Positions 1-10,147 of a DNA stretch of 64,000 bases are shown here, piece after piece; within the stretch, counting starts at the first letter, position 1, and every line of letters begins with the position of its first letter. Both the position numbers and the translations under genes were made by a program. The notes beneath the pieces were generated by a model. The model ran no database searches, was not told where the DNA came from, and was given only the letters and a program-made list of their open reading frames with translations. The stretch lies in contig NC_134030.1 in NCBI RefSeq assembly GCF_964204645.1, forward strand, positions 1,781,355 to 1,845,354, in the 5' to 3' direction. Source of the DNA: Tubulanus polymorphus. Taxonomy: Eukaryota; Animalia; Nemertea.

Positions 1-500
1 TTTGATTGAATTCCTTGTGCCACTAATCACCAACAAGAACAACAAGACACCAAAAATTCAAATTCCCTGATTGAATTATAAGATATCCTCAGTGAGGGCT
101 GCTTCTGATCAAGAGGTTCCTTGTGCCACTCGTCACCAGCAAGAACAACAAGACACCAAAACAGTCAAATTCCCTGATTAAATTATAAGATATCCTCAGC
201 GAGGGTTTTTTCTTGTCCAGGATCCAGTTCCACAGTTGTGAGTTAAGATTTAACTCTGAGTTTACTCATTGAAAATGAACTAATTCTAACTCAGAGTTAA
301 CTGTAACTCAGAACTGTGGAACTGAGTCCAGAGGTTCCTTGTGTCACTCATCACCAGCAAGAACAACAAGTCATCAAAAATAGATAGAACTCAATCAAAT
401 TTGATTAGAGTTCTATGAAAAATCCAAGTTCCCTGACTTTTCCCCTGGTTTTTATTAAGAAGAGTCAAAACTGGGAATAAATCTAGAATTCCCTGATTTA
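1..500. repeat. ~110-bp tandem/dispersed repeat family (GATATCCTCAG...GAGGTTCCTTGTGCCACTC...CAAGAACAACAAG)
   Basis: About 3 tandem units here; related copies at ~8180-8270 and ~37600-37755 (reverse) and ~55630-55780. Confidence 0.75.
221..328. mobile_element. MITE family A (108 bp, CAG TSD; Harbinger-like)
   Basis: TIRs GATCCAGTTCCACAGTT / AACTGTGGAACTGAGTC, CAG on both sides. Other copies at 957-1108, 8072-8168, 27337-27444 (also 108 bp), 45910-45981. Confidence 0.8.
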
Positions 501-556
501 CGGTGATCTTAACGAACTCTGATCACTTCGAAAGATAAGTTTTCAATCGATCTTAC

Positions 557-2749
557 TTTGACAGTTTTAGTGTCGTCGTTGAAGGTGATATTTCTACACG
601 GAGCTTCAGTAACAATCTCAACGTTAGAATCGCGTAAACTTTCCGCGATCGTTTCGCTTAATTGTTGAATTCCATTCTTTAATGACCAAACGGACCACAT
701 TTCCTTCCTGGATCGAATCACCAATTCACTACGACTGGAACATTGCGGACCTACAAACAGAAGTTGTAGATTTTGTGGTTTCAAAATGATAAATTCTTTC
801 GTATAATTTAATTGGAATTGTTGGATTTATTTAAAGAAGTAGTAGATTTCATCATAATTCATCACATATCTCATACCAGACACGGGTTTGGGAACAACGG
901 CTAGGTACTAGACTATTGGTCCCCTAGAACCATTTACTACTGAATTCTAATCATATGGACTCAGTTCCACAGTTGTGAGTTATAGTTAACTCTGAGTTAA
1001 AATTAGTTAACTCAGAGTTAAGTTCCACAGTTCTGAGTTATAGTTAACTCTGAGTTAGAATTAGTTAACTCAGAGTTAAATGTTAACTCACAACTGTGGA
1101 ACTGGATCCTGGGGCCGGTTTTATAGACTGGTATTGCCCTTAACGCGGAGCTAACTCTCAATTGATAATGAATTGTGTAGAGATGTATGAAACCTTTTCA
1201 CTCAAATTGTCACCTGCTTTTCTCGATTTGATCATCCCTCTGAACACGGAACCGTGAAGTTGCTCGTGTTCAAATAGAGTCGGAGCTACAGATTTAATAC
1301 TTAAATTACGAATATCACCGGCATAAATTCCTCTAAACACTGCATCAGCCGCAAACTCAGCCAACTGAAATAAATAGAAATAACAAACCTGCGATGAACT
1401 CTGGTAATGGATTCAGGTTTAGTTAATTACTCTGGACCCAGTAACTCAAAACTGTGGGCTCCGCAATGAATTACACTGTCAAGACTTTAAGACCAGTCCA
1501 ACAGATAGCACGGATTTGACTACATAATGGCTATGTCCCTTTCTAAGACCATCTTAGTTCCAAAGCGTACGTAACAACTTTAGACTCAGGAATTAAGGCC
1601 ACTTCTAACTCAGTCACATTGGGACTACCCTAACATCATCTTGGTTCAGTTGCTTGAGAACAAGTCTAATGATTTTTGACACCCTTTTGGAATGTGCAAC
1701 TGGTTCCTGCATCCTAATCATTGGTGGTAAATTGTGAAAAAGTCCGGTTACTGACCAGATTCAAGTGAAACGATTTTCTTTGTTTCTCACCTCAGAACCA
1801 ACTCTACGAGAAATGAAATTATACACAGAATCATCGCTCAATGGTGGATCAGGAGCTGGGATGTTTCGTTCCTTCAGTATATTCCAGATTAAAGCCTGAC
1901 TGAACGGTGCATTCGTTCGGAATAGATTAAAGAATCCTAGAAAATGAAATCCATACATATATCAATGTTGTTTTCAATCTTTTAAATAATAGTAATAATT
2001 GTATCATCTATTCATCCAGACTGAAATGTTTCTAACTCTAGTATTTTAAATAAACATTATAGTCTTTCAACAATTGTCGGATTTCATATTTTCATCAGAA
2101 TGACACTAGGAATGGATTTGTGGCACGTACCATTGGGCATTTTATTAATTTGACCCTTGGCGTAAACATATCTGTTTTGAGCAGCTTCATGTCTGTTAGA
2201 TATGGCGAGAATTGACGATTCTAAACCCAATTCATCAGCCTGAAACAAAAAAGAACAATTAGAGTTGGAAAATGATCAATAATTGAGGGGTATAATTAAT
2301 GACTGGTTGAATTAGTCACCAGTTCTATAGTGTTGACCCCTGGTTTTCCGTAAGCCCGAAGACTTCTTGGCCCTCGTTCAAATATCGCTCCATTATCAGT
2401 TTTAACTGACTCCATCCAACCTCCTAGACGATCACTACCTTCTATTAATACTATCTGAAATAGATAAGAACGCCGGGTTAATTAGTAGCCGCAAGCTTCG
2501 GACACCGATACGTGCTGCCACCTACACGCAACCTGCGGCATGCACGCACGACCACGTCAGGTGCTGCTATCTGCGCACAGCCAGTGGCATGCGACTTTTT
2601 TAATCGGCAAAATGAAAACGTGAATAAAATGTTAATTTATAAATATCTGAGGCACTGACCTGACTAAATAGTGAGCCAGAAAACTTGCTGAGATAATGAG
2701 CGGCTGAAAGTCCAGCGATTCCACCGCCGAGAACGATTGCTTTAGACAT
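557..2749 (-). CDS. PPOX: Protoporphyrinogen oxidase, 5' part (continues past left edge)
   Basis: Exons 2660-2749, 2320-2454, 2131-2239, 1791-1936, 1214-1364, 557-750, all GT-AG and phase-consistent. FAD motif VLGGGIAGLSAA, then EGSDRLGGW, FERGPRSLR, DDSVYNFISRRVG, FRGIYAGD, WSLKNGIQQL. Confidence 0.93.
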
Positions 2750-3194
2750 AGTTCAAGCTATAATACATGAACCTATATATTGACCATAGTAATCTACCGG
2801 GGCACCACCTACAGTGAAAATTATACACTTAAACATTATAGTTCATGCGCTAATCACTTCTCAAGCAACAGTCTCCTTGCAAAAATTGATACCTTCACAA
2901 AAAATAGATATTTCCAAGACACCAAAAACACAATATCCTCATCACCAGAATAACCATCACTCTTCAAGTTACATATCAAAAGAATTCCTCTTGCAAAGAG
3001 AAAGATTGCGCTCTCCAAGCGTCAAACATTAGTCTAGGGTCATCTTGATCCTCGCATTGAGACTGGAGACCGACTACAGCAAAACTGTCACTCAAAGAAT
3101 TTAAATAACGACAAAAATAATAAAATAGTTTTTTTACACTTGTGTTTTTCTTATTATTTTATTTTGTACATAGAAATAGAATGTAACACATTTT

Positions 3195-4561
3195 TTATGT
3201 AGCTTCAGTTTTAGTCGTTCTTGTGTAGATGATCTGAGCTCGGTGTTTATCGACCAATCGGATTAAACCTACAAAAACACAAACAATCTGGGTGAAACAG
3301 CGAGAAATATTTAATTTTCAAACAACTGCTTTTGATTCATTTGGTAAAATGAAATCTGCATAAGAAAGAAAATAAGTACTAAATGCATCATCATAACAAG
3401 TTGAAGGAAATATTTCAGACCTAACTAATCGTCCTCAATACCCATTCGCTATACACTCGTAGCCCAAAATTTCCCCTTAATTCATTTTCACTTATTTGTC
3501 TTTGATAATGAGCGACTATTTTTAGGATCATCACTGGTGCCAGTTGATCCCAGTTATGGTAAGTCCACGCTGATCCTAGGGAAACTAGCCTCTAGGGAAA
3601 CTAGCTGTGGCATGGCGGATAAGGTGTTTGACTCACAACTGAGAGGTTGAGGGTTCGAATCCTAGTGAAACCATGCATTCAGGCAGGACACATATCAGTA
3701 CTTGTCGACTCACTGATTTAACAACAAGTCCGTACCTGGCAAAAATCTTCAGCATGTTGAAGTTGGCCAGTAATAGGTAGAACTAGAACTAGAACTGAAG
3801 AGGGGCTCAAAATTCGCAATTTCTTCCAGAAAATTCTCAACAATTCTCAAAGATTAGTATACAGGATTTTGAGATGAGACCGGAAGCAATCTAAGGATTC
3901 ACAAGTTTTTTGAGGCTGGGAGCAAGTACGACTTGATATACTTATAATAACCTTTAGATTGTAGTTCTTTCAGAGCAGCTCTCGCTAATGATCCGCGAAT
4001 CTTCAATCTTTCAGAGACGACAGACGGAGTTATCAATTTATAACTGGGAACTTCCTTGTACAGTTTATCGTAGGTACCCTTATCGAAGAGAACCAAGTTG
4101 TTCAACTTATCGCGAACTTTTCCCTTAGACCACTTCTACAAAATCAAAAAGGGAGACAATGTTTTAGGAACAAGCTATAGTTAGAACAAGGCAAAAACCT
4201 TATCAGTTGCAATGATCGAACTAACCTTCTTCTTAGCCTTTCCGCCGGACCCTTCCTTCTTCTTGGCCGGTACTTTCGAGGTCTTACCCCCTTTCGGGTC
4301 CTTGCCTTTCGGTGGCTAAAAAACAGACACGAGAAATAACTAAAAGTTCAATAAAGCGATAGCAGGTGGCGCCACCGTCTCAGTCGAAAAACACCTCGAT
4401 TAAACCCTTAAATTCACCAGGAAATCAGGGCTGTATCGGGTTTACATCACGGATAGTTAATAGAATATATACAGAAGTATTGTCTAAACTTCATTTAGCG
4501 ATAATTAAACAGTTATTTTAGGAATAAAGCACTAATGAACGTGTTAATTTCGACCTACCAT
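3195..4561 (-). CDS. RPS25: 40S ribosomal protein S25 (eS25)
   Basis: Exons 4559-4561 (ATG only), 4226-4315, 3952-4135, 3195-3268. MPPKGKD...[57 protein letters not shown]...HRAQIIYTR. Confidence 0.98.
3595..3796 (+). mobile_element. tRNA-derived SINE in RPS25 intron 3
   Basis: A box TGGCATGGCGG (3608-3618), B box GGTTCGAATCC (3652-3662), non-tRNA body, (AGAACT)3 tail; no complete cloverleaf. Confidence 0.65.
4375..4452 (-). ncRNA. Candidate intronic box C/D snoRNA
   Basis: Sense to RPS25 in intron 1: C-like GTGATGT (4450-4444), D' CTGA (4428-4425), D CTGA (4383-4380), complementary ends, ~78 nt, ends ~60 nt from the 3' splice site. Confidence 0.5.
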
Positions 4562-4581
4562 GCTGCGAGTTCAATTACTGT

Positions 4582-4608
4582 GAAAAAGAGGCTCTACACG
4601 TGACGTCA
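4582..4608 (-). promoter_or_regulatory. TCT/5'TOP initiator with overlapping E-box and CRE
   Basis: Minus strand CCTCTTTTTC (4591-4582) about 20 nt upstream of the RPS25 ATG; CACGTG (4597-4602) overlaps TGACGTCA (4601-4608). Confidence 0.7.
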
Positions 4609-5492
4609 CTGGATAGATGATAAAACACAAACTCGCATATGAACCGATGATGTATTGAGTTAACGTAATTAATCCATTTAACTAAAACAATTTGAGAATA
4701 TTTCTGAAAAGTGAATCAGAAGATCTATGAAAATTGAGAAATGTTTTGTTTTAGGAAATATTTACAGGTGTGACCATCGTGAAGATTTTCTCTACAACAA
4801 ACACTTGTTTGAAGCAATTGATTAACTGTTAATTGTAATTAATCAATTCGATACTAATAAAAATCAACGATTATTATAATCTTAATCATGACGTAATCTT
4901 TTTTCTATTCGAAAGTAAGAAAATATCTAGCGGTGCTGCCATCGTGCGGATATTGTCTACATTAAGTGACGTTTCCATCCAATCAGAACCTGGTGCTGGT
5001 GCTGCTGCTGCTGCAGCTACAGGGAATGGATGAGGAAGGGTGAAAATACTGAACCATACACCCTTTACCACTCTGAAGCAATCTATGCACCCTTTACCAC
5101 TGGATCGGGTAGGTTCAACTGACGCACGGCAAAACTTGTGGCGCCGGTTCAACTAACTGAGTCAGGCTCCAAAAAAAGTCCAACTAAAAAAAACCCATAA
5201 ACGAGAAAAGTAATTAACTGCACTATGTATGTTATGTTTGCTTTTAGTTTTAAAATCAAAAAAATTCCTGAGCATTTAAATTTAAGAAATAACCTGATAA
5301 CATGCATTACTTGTAGTGCATTTGGCTTTTCTTCAGCTTATTTTGATAAAAAAAAGAATTTAGGGCCTGAATACTGATTTTCTTTTTTGTGAATCTTGAT
5401 TTGAAATTATAATCTCAATGTGACGATCTTCACTTTAATTTCAGAATAAATAGAGAGCGGAGAAAATAGTAAAAGGAGGAAGAGATTCGAGA

Positions 5493-7541
5493 ATGATGAA
5501 TCGTCACAACGGGACGACGCGGTCTGCTGCAGGTCCGAGCGGTGGTCAAGTGGAAGCGTTGTCATTAGAAACGAACAGACATCAGACGACTGTTGCTGGC
5601 TCCGTGCCTGATAATCCAGCGTCGATCTACTTCCCTACACCGGATACCGGCAATAATCCATCTTCATCGTCGGATACTACCGGGGTTTACTATCCTCCAT
5701 TACCGATAGACCCGGCAGTGACGTCCGTTTACCCCTCGTTAGAATCCTCACAACCTCCTCCGCAAATCTGTTTACCTCCCTCCGTATCTCATCACCTCCC
5801 CTCGACCGCAGCGCCACCTACAACCGCCTGCTCTTACGATTCCGCTAAATATCTCGAGGATTATTTCAAGGTCATCGAATCGTTCCAAGGTAGCGGCGGC
5901 GGACAAAACTACAACAACGCGCCACCAGGGGGAGTTAGTAGTTCGGGTTATTACGTACCCCAGATCGTCGGTACATCGCCCCCTGGTGGTGAAACGAGAA
6001 ATGAATCGAACACGGATAATTTGACCCCGAGTCGTGTAGCGCAGACGTTCAATAATATGTACGCGAGAGCGTTTTTAAACCAACCACACGGAACTAGTTC
6101 CGGTATTATAACTACTCCGTTATCGGATCACAGAGATAGTTCCGCTGGATCGGGCGATAGTTCCGCAGACGAGTCGGAGGATACTACCGCGGCTGTAGGT
6201 GGCGACACCGCTGCGGAATCGTCGGTCGTTATCGTTAAAATAGAGCGAGAGCTACAATCGGATAAATCTGAGTCCGAATTAGAAACGTTACAACCGGTTA
6301 CCGCGGTTACGACGAGTTCGTCTCCGGTTGCCGCGACGACGACGGAATGCGTGATATCGGCGAGCGCCGGTAAACCGACGAGGTTCCTTCCTCCGAGAAA
6401 AAAACGTAATCTATCGGCAATTATAGACGAGGTCGACGACGAGGATGAAAGAGAGGAGAGAATAAACAGACGTAAACGAGGACGTCCGAAACGTTCGATT
6501 CAAAACATCGAACAAATTCACGTAACCGATGACGACGACGATGATGACGAGGATGAAATAGAGGCTGAAGAAGTCGCTATGGCGACCAAAAACAATAAAT
6601 CGTCGTCGTCGGCGACAGGTGGCGGAGGGAAACGTAAGGGTAAACGTCGTTCCGTTAGAGGTACAAAAATATGCGAGAAATGTAACCGGAAGTTTGAGCG
6701 TAACGATACGTATCAGCGCCACCTATTGTTACACGATACTAAACTACTATACGGGTGTCACGTGTGCGGCGGGAAATACGAGAGACAGGAACATTTAACG
6801 AGACATCTACGCGTTCATTCCGGTGAGTTATACTGCTGCGACGTCTGCCATTCAACGTTCAGACAACAGAGACCGTTCCGCGATCACATGGCGAAATACC
6901 ACGCCGAACGTCGACCGTTCATCTGTCACATTGCGGGCTGCACATTCCGCGCTCAAACTCCGTCGCAGGTCGAGAAACACAGCGAGATCCATAGCGATCA
7001 GAAACAATACCGCTGCGAGAAGTGCGGTCGCGATTTCGCGCAGATAAACGGCTTACGAAGTCATCAACGTAGTTGCTACGAGAAACGTCAATATTTGTGC
7101 GATTTTTGCGGCGCGAAATTCAACTTTTTAGGCAGTTTGAAATCGCATCGTTACATTCACACCGGCGAGAAGCCTCACCAGTGTCCCGAGTGCGACGCGA
7201 AATTCACCGATCATCGCAATTTGCGACGACATCGTCTGATCCACGAGAACGCGTTCCCCTACCCCTGCACGATCTGCGATAAGAAATTCAGACATTCGAA
7301 TTCGTTAAAAGCTCACGTTAAAATGCATAAAGCGCCCTCTACATCGACGTCTGCGCCGGTATCGTCGGTTCAATCGAGTAGTTCGTCGTCGTCGGTACAG
7401 ATGGCGCCGTCGGGTCCGGTGAGCGGACTATCGACTCAATGGGAACGTCCCGAGGCTCAATTAGTTCATGAATATATGTTAGCTTTACAACATCAAACGT
7501 CACACGTTAATCAACAAGTTTCGCAAGTATCACATGTCTGA
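5493..7541 (+). CDS. AT-hook / C2H2 zinc-finger transcription factor, 682 aa, single coding exon
   Basis: Eight fingers (fifth is C2HC), one canonical HTGEKP linker, KRGRPKR AT-hook, acidic tracts, S/T/P-rich N-terminus; in-frame stop at 5451-5453 after a 5'UTR acceptor at 5444. Confidence 0.92.
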   Translation: MMNRHNGTTRSAAGPSGGQVEALSLETNRHQTTVAGSVPDNPASIYFPTPDTGNNPSSSSDTTGVYYPPLPIDPAVTSVYPSLESSQPPPQICLPPSVSHHLPSTAAPPTTACSYDSAKYLEDYFKVIESFQGSGGGQNYNNAPPGGVSSSGYYVPQIVGTSPPGGETRNESNTDNLTPSRVAQTFNNMYARAFLNQPHGTSSGIITTPLSDHRDSSAGSGDSSADESEDTTAAVGGDTAAESSVVIVKIERELQSDKSESELETLQPVTAVTTSSSPVAATTTECVISASAGKPTRFLPPRKKRNLSAIIDEVDDEDEREERINRRKRGRPKRSIQNIEQIHVTDDDDDDDEDEIEAEEVAMATKNNKSSSSATGGGGKRKGKRRSVRGTKICEKCNRKFERNDTYQRHLLLHDTKLLYGCHVCGGKYERQEHLTRHLRVHSGELYCCDVCHSTFRQQRPFRDHMAKYHAERRPFICHIAGCTFRAQTPSQVEKHSEIHSDQKQYRCEKCGRDFAQINGLRSHQRSCYEKRQYLCDFCGAKFNFLGSLKSHRYIHTGEKPHQCPECDAKFTDHRNLRRHRLIHENAFPYPCTICDKKFRHSNSLKAHVKMHKAPSTSTSAPVSSVQSSSSSSSVQMAPSGPVSGLSTQWERPEAQLVHEYMLALQHQTSHVNQQVSQVSHV

Positions 7542-8818
7542 TCGATCTGTTTTACCACCTGTTAATAACCCACAGTCCCAGTTTCATGAGAAAGTTTAAC
7601 TCAAATGTTTGGTTTGAATCGCTATATTGGTTACTTATGTGTTTATTGAAGGCATCAATACAAACTCATCCGTTTTAAGCTTTAACTTTTTTGTGAAACT
7701 GGACTCAGTTTTATAATGCTGTGAGATAAAAGCAGTTCATTATCCATGAATCCGGGGTTGCAGTCGCTGCTTACCGATAAATGGCAGATAAATACTGATG
7801 TATCAATGGACTTTTAATTGTCACTATGGCATTTATCCCCTGGTTTATTCTAACTAGCTTTCTAGCGACTGTAGCCCTGATGTTTACTCACAACAGCGTA
7901 ACTGGAGCCAGTTCCCCAGTTGTAAGTTTTGAAACGAGTTTCGATGAGTTCATTCCCAGGAAATTCTAAACTCGCAACCGTGGAACCGGGTCGAAGGTTA
8001 TAACAGATCAGTGAAAATCAGGAATTACGGATTTATTTAAGTGAAATTAATGAAAGTAAAGTTCTCTACATGATCCAGTCCCACAGTTGTGAGTTAGAGT
8101 TAACTCTGAGTTAAAATTAGTTCATTTTCAATGAGTCAAATCTTAACGCAGAACTGTGGAACTGGGTCCTGAGCCTTTTCTTGAAAAAAGTCAGGAAATT
8201 TTAGTTTGTGATGTTCTTGCTGGTGATGAGTGGCATGAATAGCTTCTCGAAACTGCCCTCACTCAGAATGTCAGTGTATTTTGAATCCTTGACCTGTAAG
8301 AATCATTGATTTATTCATTGTGCTATAATGTGCTTACCTCCAGCTTGGAGTACTCCAAGCCTCCAGTCATTTCCAGTGTTGTCAGTTAACTAACTCACCA
8401 ACTGTGAAACTTGGTGCTTAGATTGTTTAGATTGCTGTAATCTAATGATTTTGAATGTTCTGTTTTGTTTTTATAAAGCGCTTTGCTCTGTTAATAACGC
8501 TAACGGCTTTTGCCAAACATTCCTCGTGTTTTAAGATTATTTAAGTATAAATAAGGCAGGATTCCTTTAATCGTAAAATCCTTGAATGAGTGAAAATAGA
8601 TGTGATGATTTTGCTTTTAGATGTGATTTACGCTCAAGATTCTTCCTGTATTTTCCATGTCTTCCGTTTGTTATATTTAGAATCCATCATGGTTTCCATG
8701 TTCATGAAATATTCATTTAGGCGCGGTCAATTTAAGAAGATTTTCTTTAATTTACGCTTAACGTAAAATTCGACTTGGTTTTGATTATACGGTGAAACCT
8801 TGTTATAACGAACATCAG

Positions 8819-8977
8819 GGCTGGGTTTCATAGATGTGGAAGAAAAATAGTTACTGGGAACATTTTGAAATTCGTCAGTTATAACCATGGTTTCTCATTG
8901 TTACTATGGTGGTTGTTACCCAAATTGAGGATTTACCCCTTGGGATAACTTTGATACCCAGTCTATGAAACCGCGCC
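8819..8977. mobile_element. MITE family C (159 bp, CAG TSD)
   Basis: TIRs GGCTGGGTTTCATAG / CTATGAAACCGCGCC with CAG duplications; second 159-bp copy in opposite orientation at 55784-55942; tandem derivative at ~41360-41570. Confidence 0.75.
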
Positions 8978-9801
8978 CAGGGGACCTTTAAATCTGTTTG
9001 TTATAACTGATACAGTGGAACCTCGTTACAACAAAATTCGGGCAAAAAGCTTTAACTCTTAAATTGATTTAGTTTCTTCATTAATTCAGTTTATCTTAAA
9101 TCGATTTAGGCCTTAATCCTTTATGTGAAACTGGGCCCAGGAGACCAGAAAATCTGTTCATTATAACTGATTGTTCGTTACATCTAGTATGGTAGTTTCC
9201 AGTGTCAAATTAATTTGTCTCATGTTTTTATACGCAATTGTTTTGTTTCTGAGTTCGTTGTAACATAACGTTTCACTGTAATATACTTGTATTATATAAA
9301 TGATAGGCACGAACATTTGCCTTCAGTGCCATAGTAAACCAGTGTGTCAATCATGTAATCATTACTCCGCCTCCTAGTGATAGTTGCTTCTAAAGTAGAT
9401 CGAGAAGGAGTCTGCGGCAGGTGAATGTTGTTGATATATTATATGTTGTTAGTTAGTGTTGTTGCGGTCTCTTGTCAAACTCCATAAAATAAAATCTATC
9501 TGAAATCGTCATCTATAGATTGTATTTTGTTGGTGAGTCTGGAACGAACCTGGCGCATTGATCTTACTCAACAACACAATTTTATCTGTAGCCTGTAACC
9601 TGCACCCCTTCAGACAGTCAGCAGCCTGGACCCTGCACCCCTTCAGACAGTCAGCAGCCTGGACCCTGCTCCTCTATCAGACTGGACCCTGTACCCCTAC
9701 ATTGATGAACCACCCTTTTAGACATTGATAAGGATTGCCAACATTACAAAAGAAGTCACTTCTCTGTCCTTAGATGGTCGGTCAACTGATAGTACCGGTA
9801 A

Positions 9802-9951
9802 GGGGTCATTCATTTATTACGTACACATCAAGGGAGACGGGAGGTGTACTGTAATGCTTTATGTATATGAAAAAATGGCCGATTTTGTGTACAGAGGGGG
9901 AGGGGGGTGAAAAATTCAAATTTTATGCGTACGTAATAAATGAATGATCCC
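9802..9951. mobile_element. PIF/Harbinger-type MITE
   Basis: TIRs GGGGTCATTCATTTATTACGTAC / GTACGTAATAAATGAATGATCCC, TAA on both sides. Confidence 0.8.
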
Positions 9952-10147
9952 TAAGTCACCTCTGATTGTTGATCAAAAGCTACCGTCATCCTCTGATGGT
10001 TAAAAGACTTTTCTATTTCGATTTTCCATTAATATCATAAACTATTCAATACTTTCTTGAAAAACGATTTTATTTACAAACATTGATATAATATGATATA
10101 ATATACATTAATAATTGACTAGTGACGCGTTGATGTGACGTAATGTT

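Noticed and set aside
877-900. Possible 24-nt phase-1 microexon in PPOX (AVVPKPVS)
   Set aside because: Frame-compatible with a GTATGA donor, but the acceptor lacks a pyrimidine tract; unsupported without RNA data.
3415-3534. Second C/D snoRNA in RPS25 intron 3 (GTGATGA...CTGA, minus)
   Set aside because: No terminal stem, long spacing, no recognisable guide.
3595-3670. tRNA gene (also 16341-16418)
   Set aside because: A and B boxes present but acceptor and anticodon stems do not pair; better explained as SINE heads.
6411-7282. Overlapping ORFs inside the zinc-finger gene
   Set aside because: Alternative-frame and antisense shadows of a GC-richer CDS.
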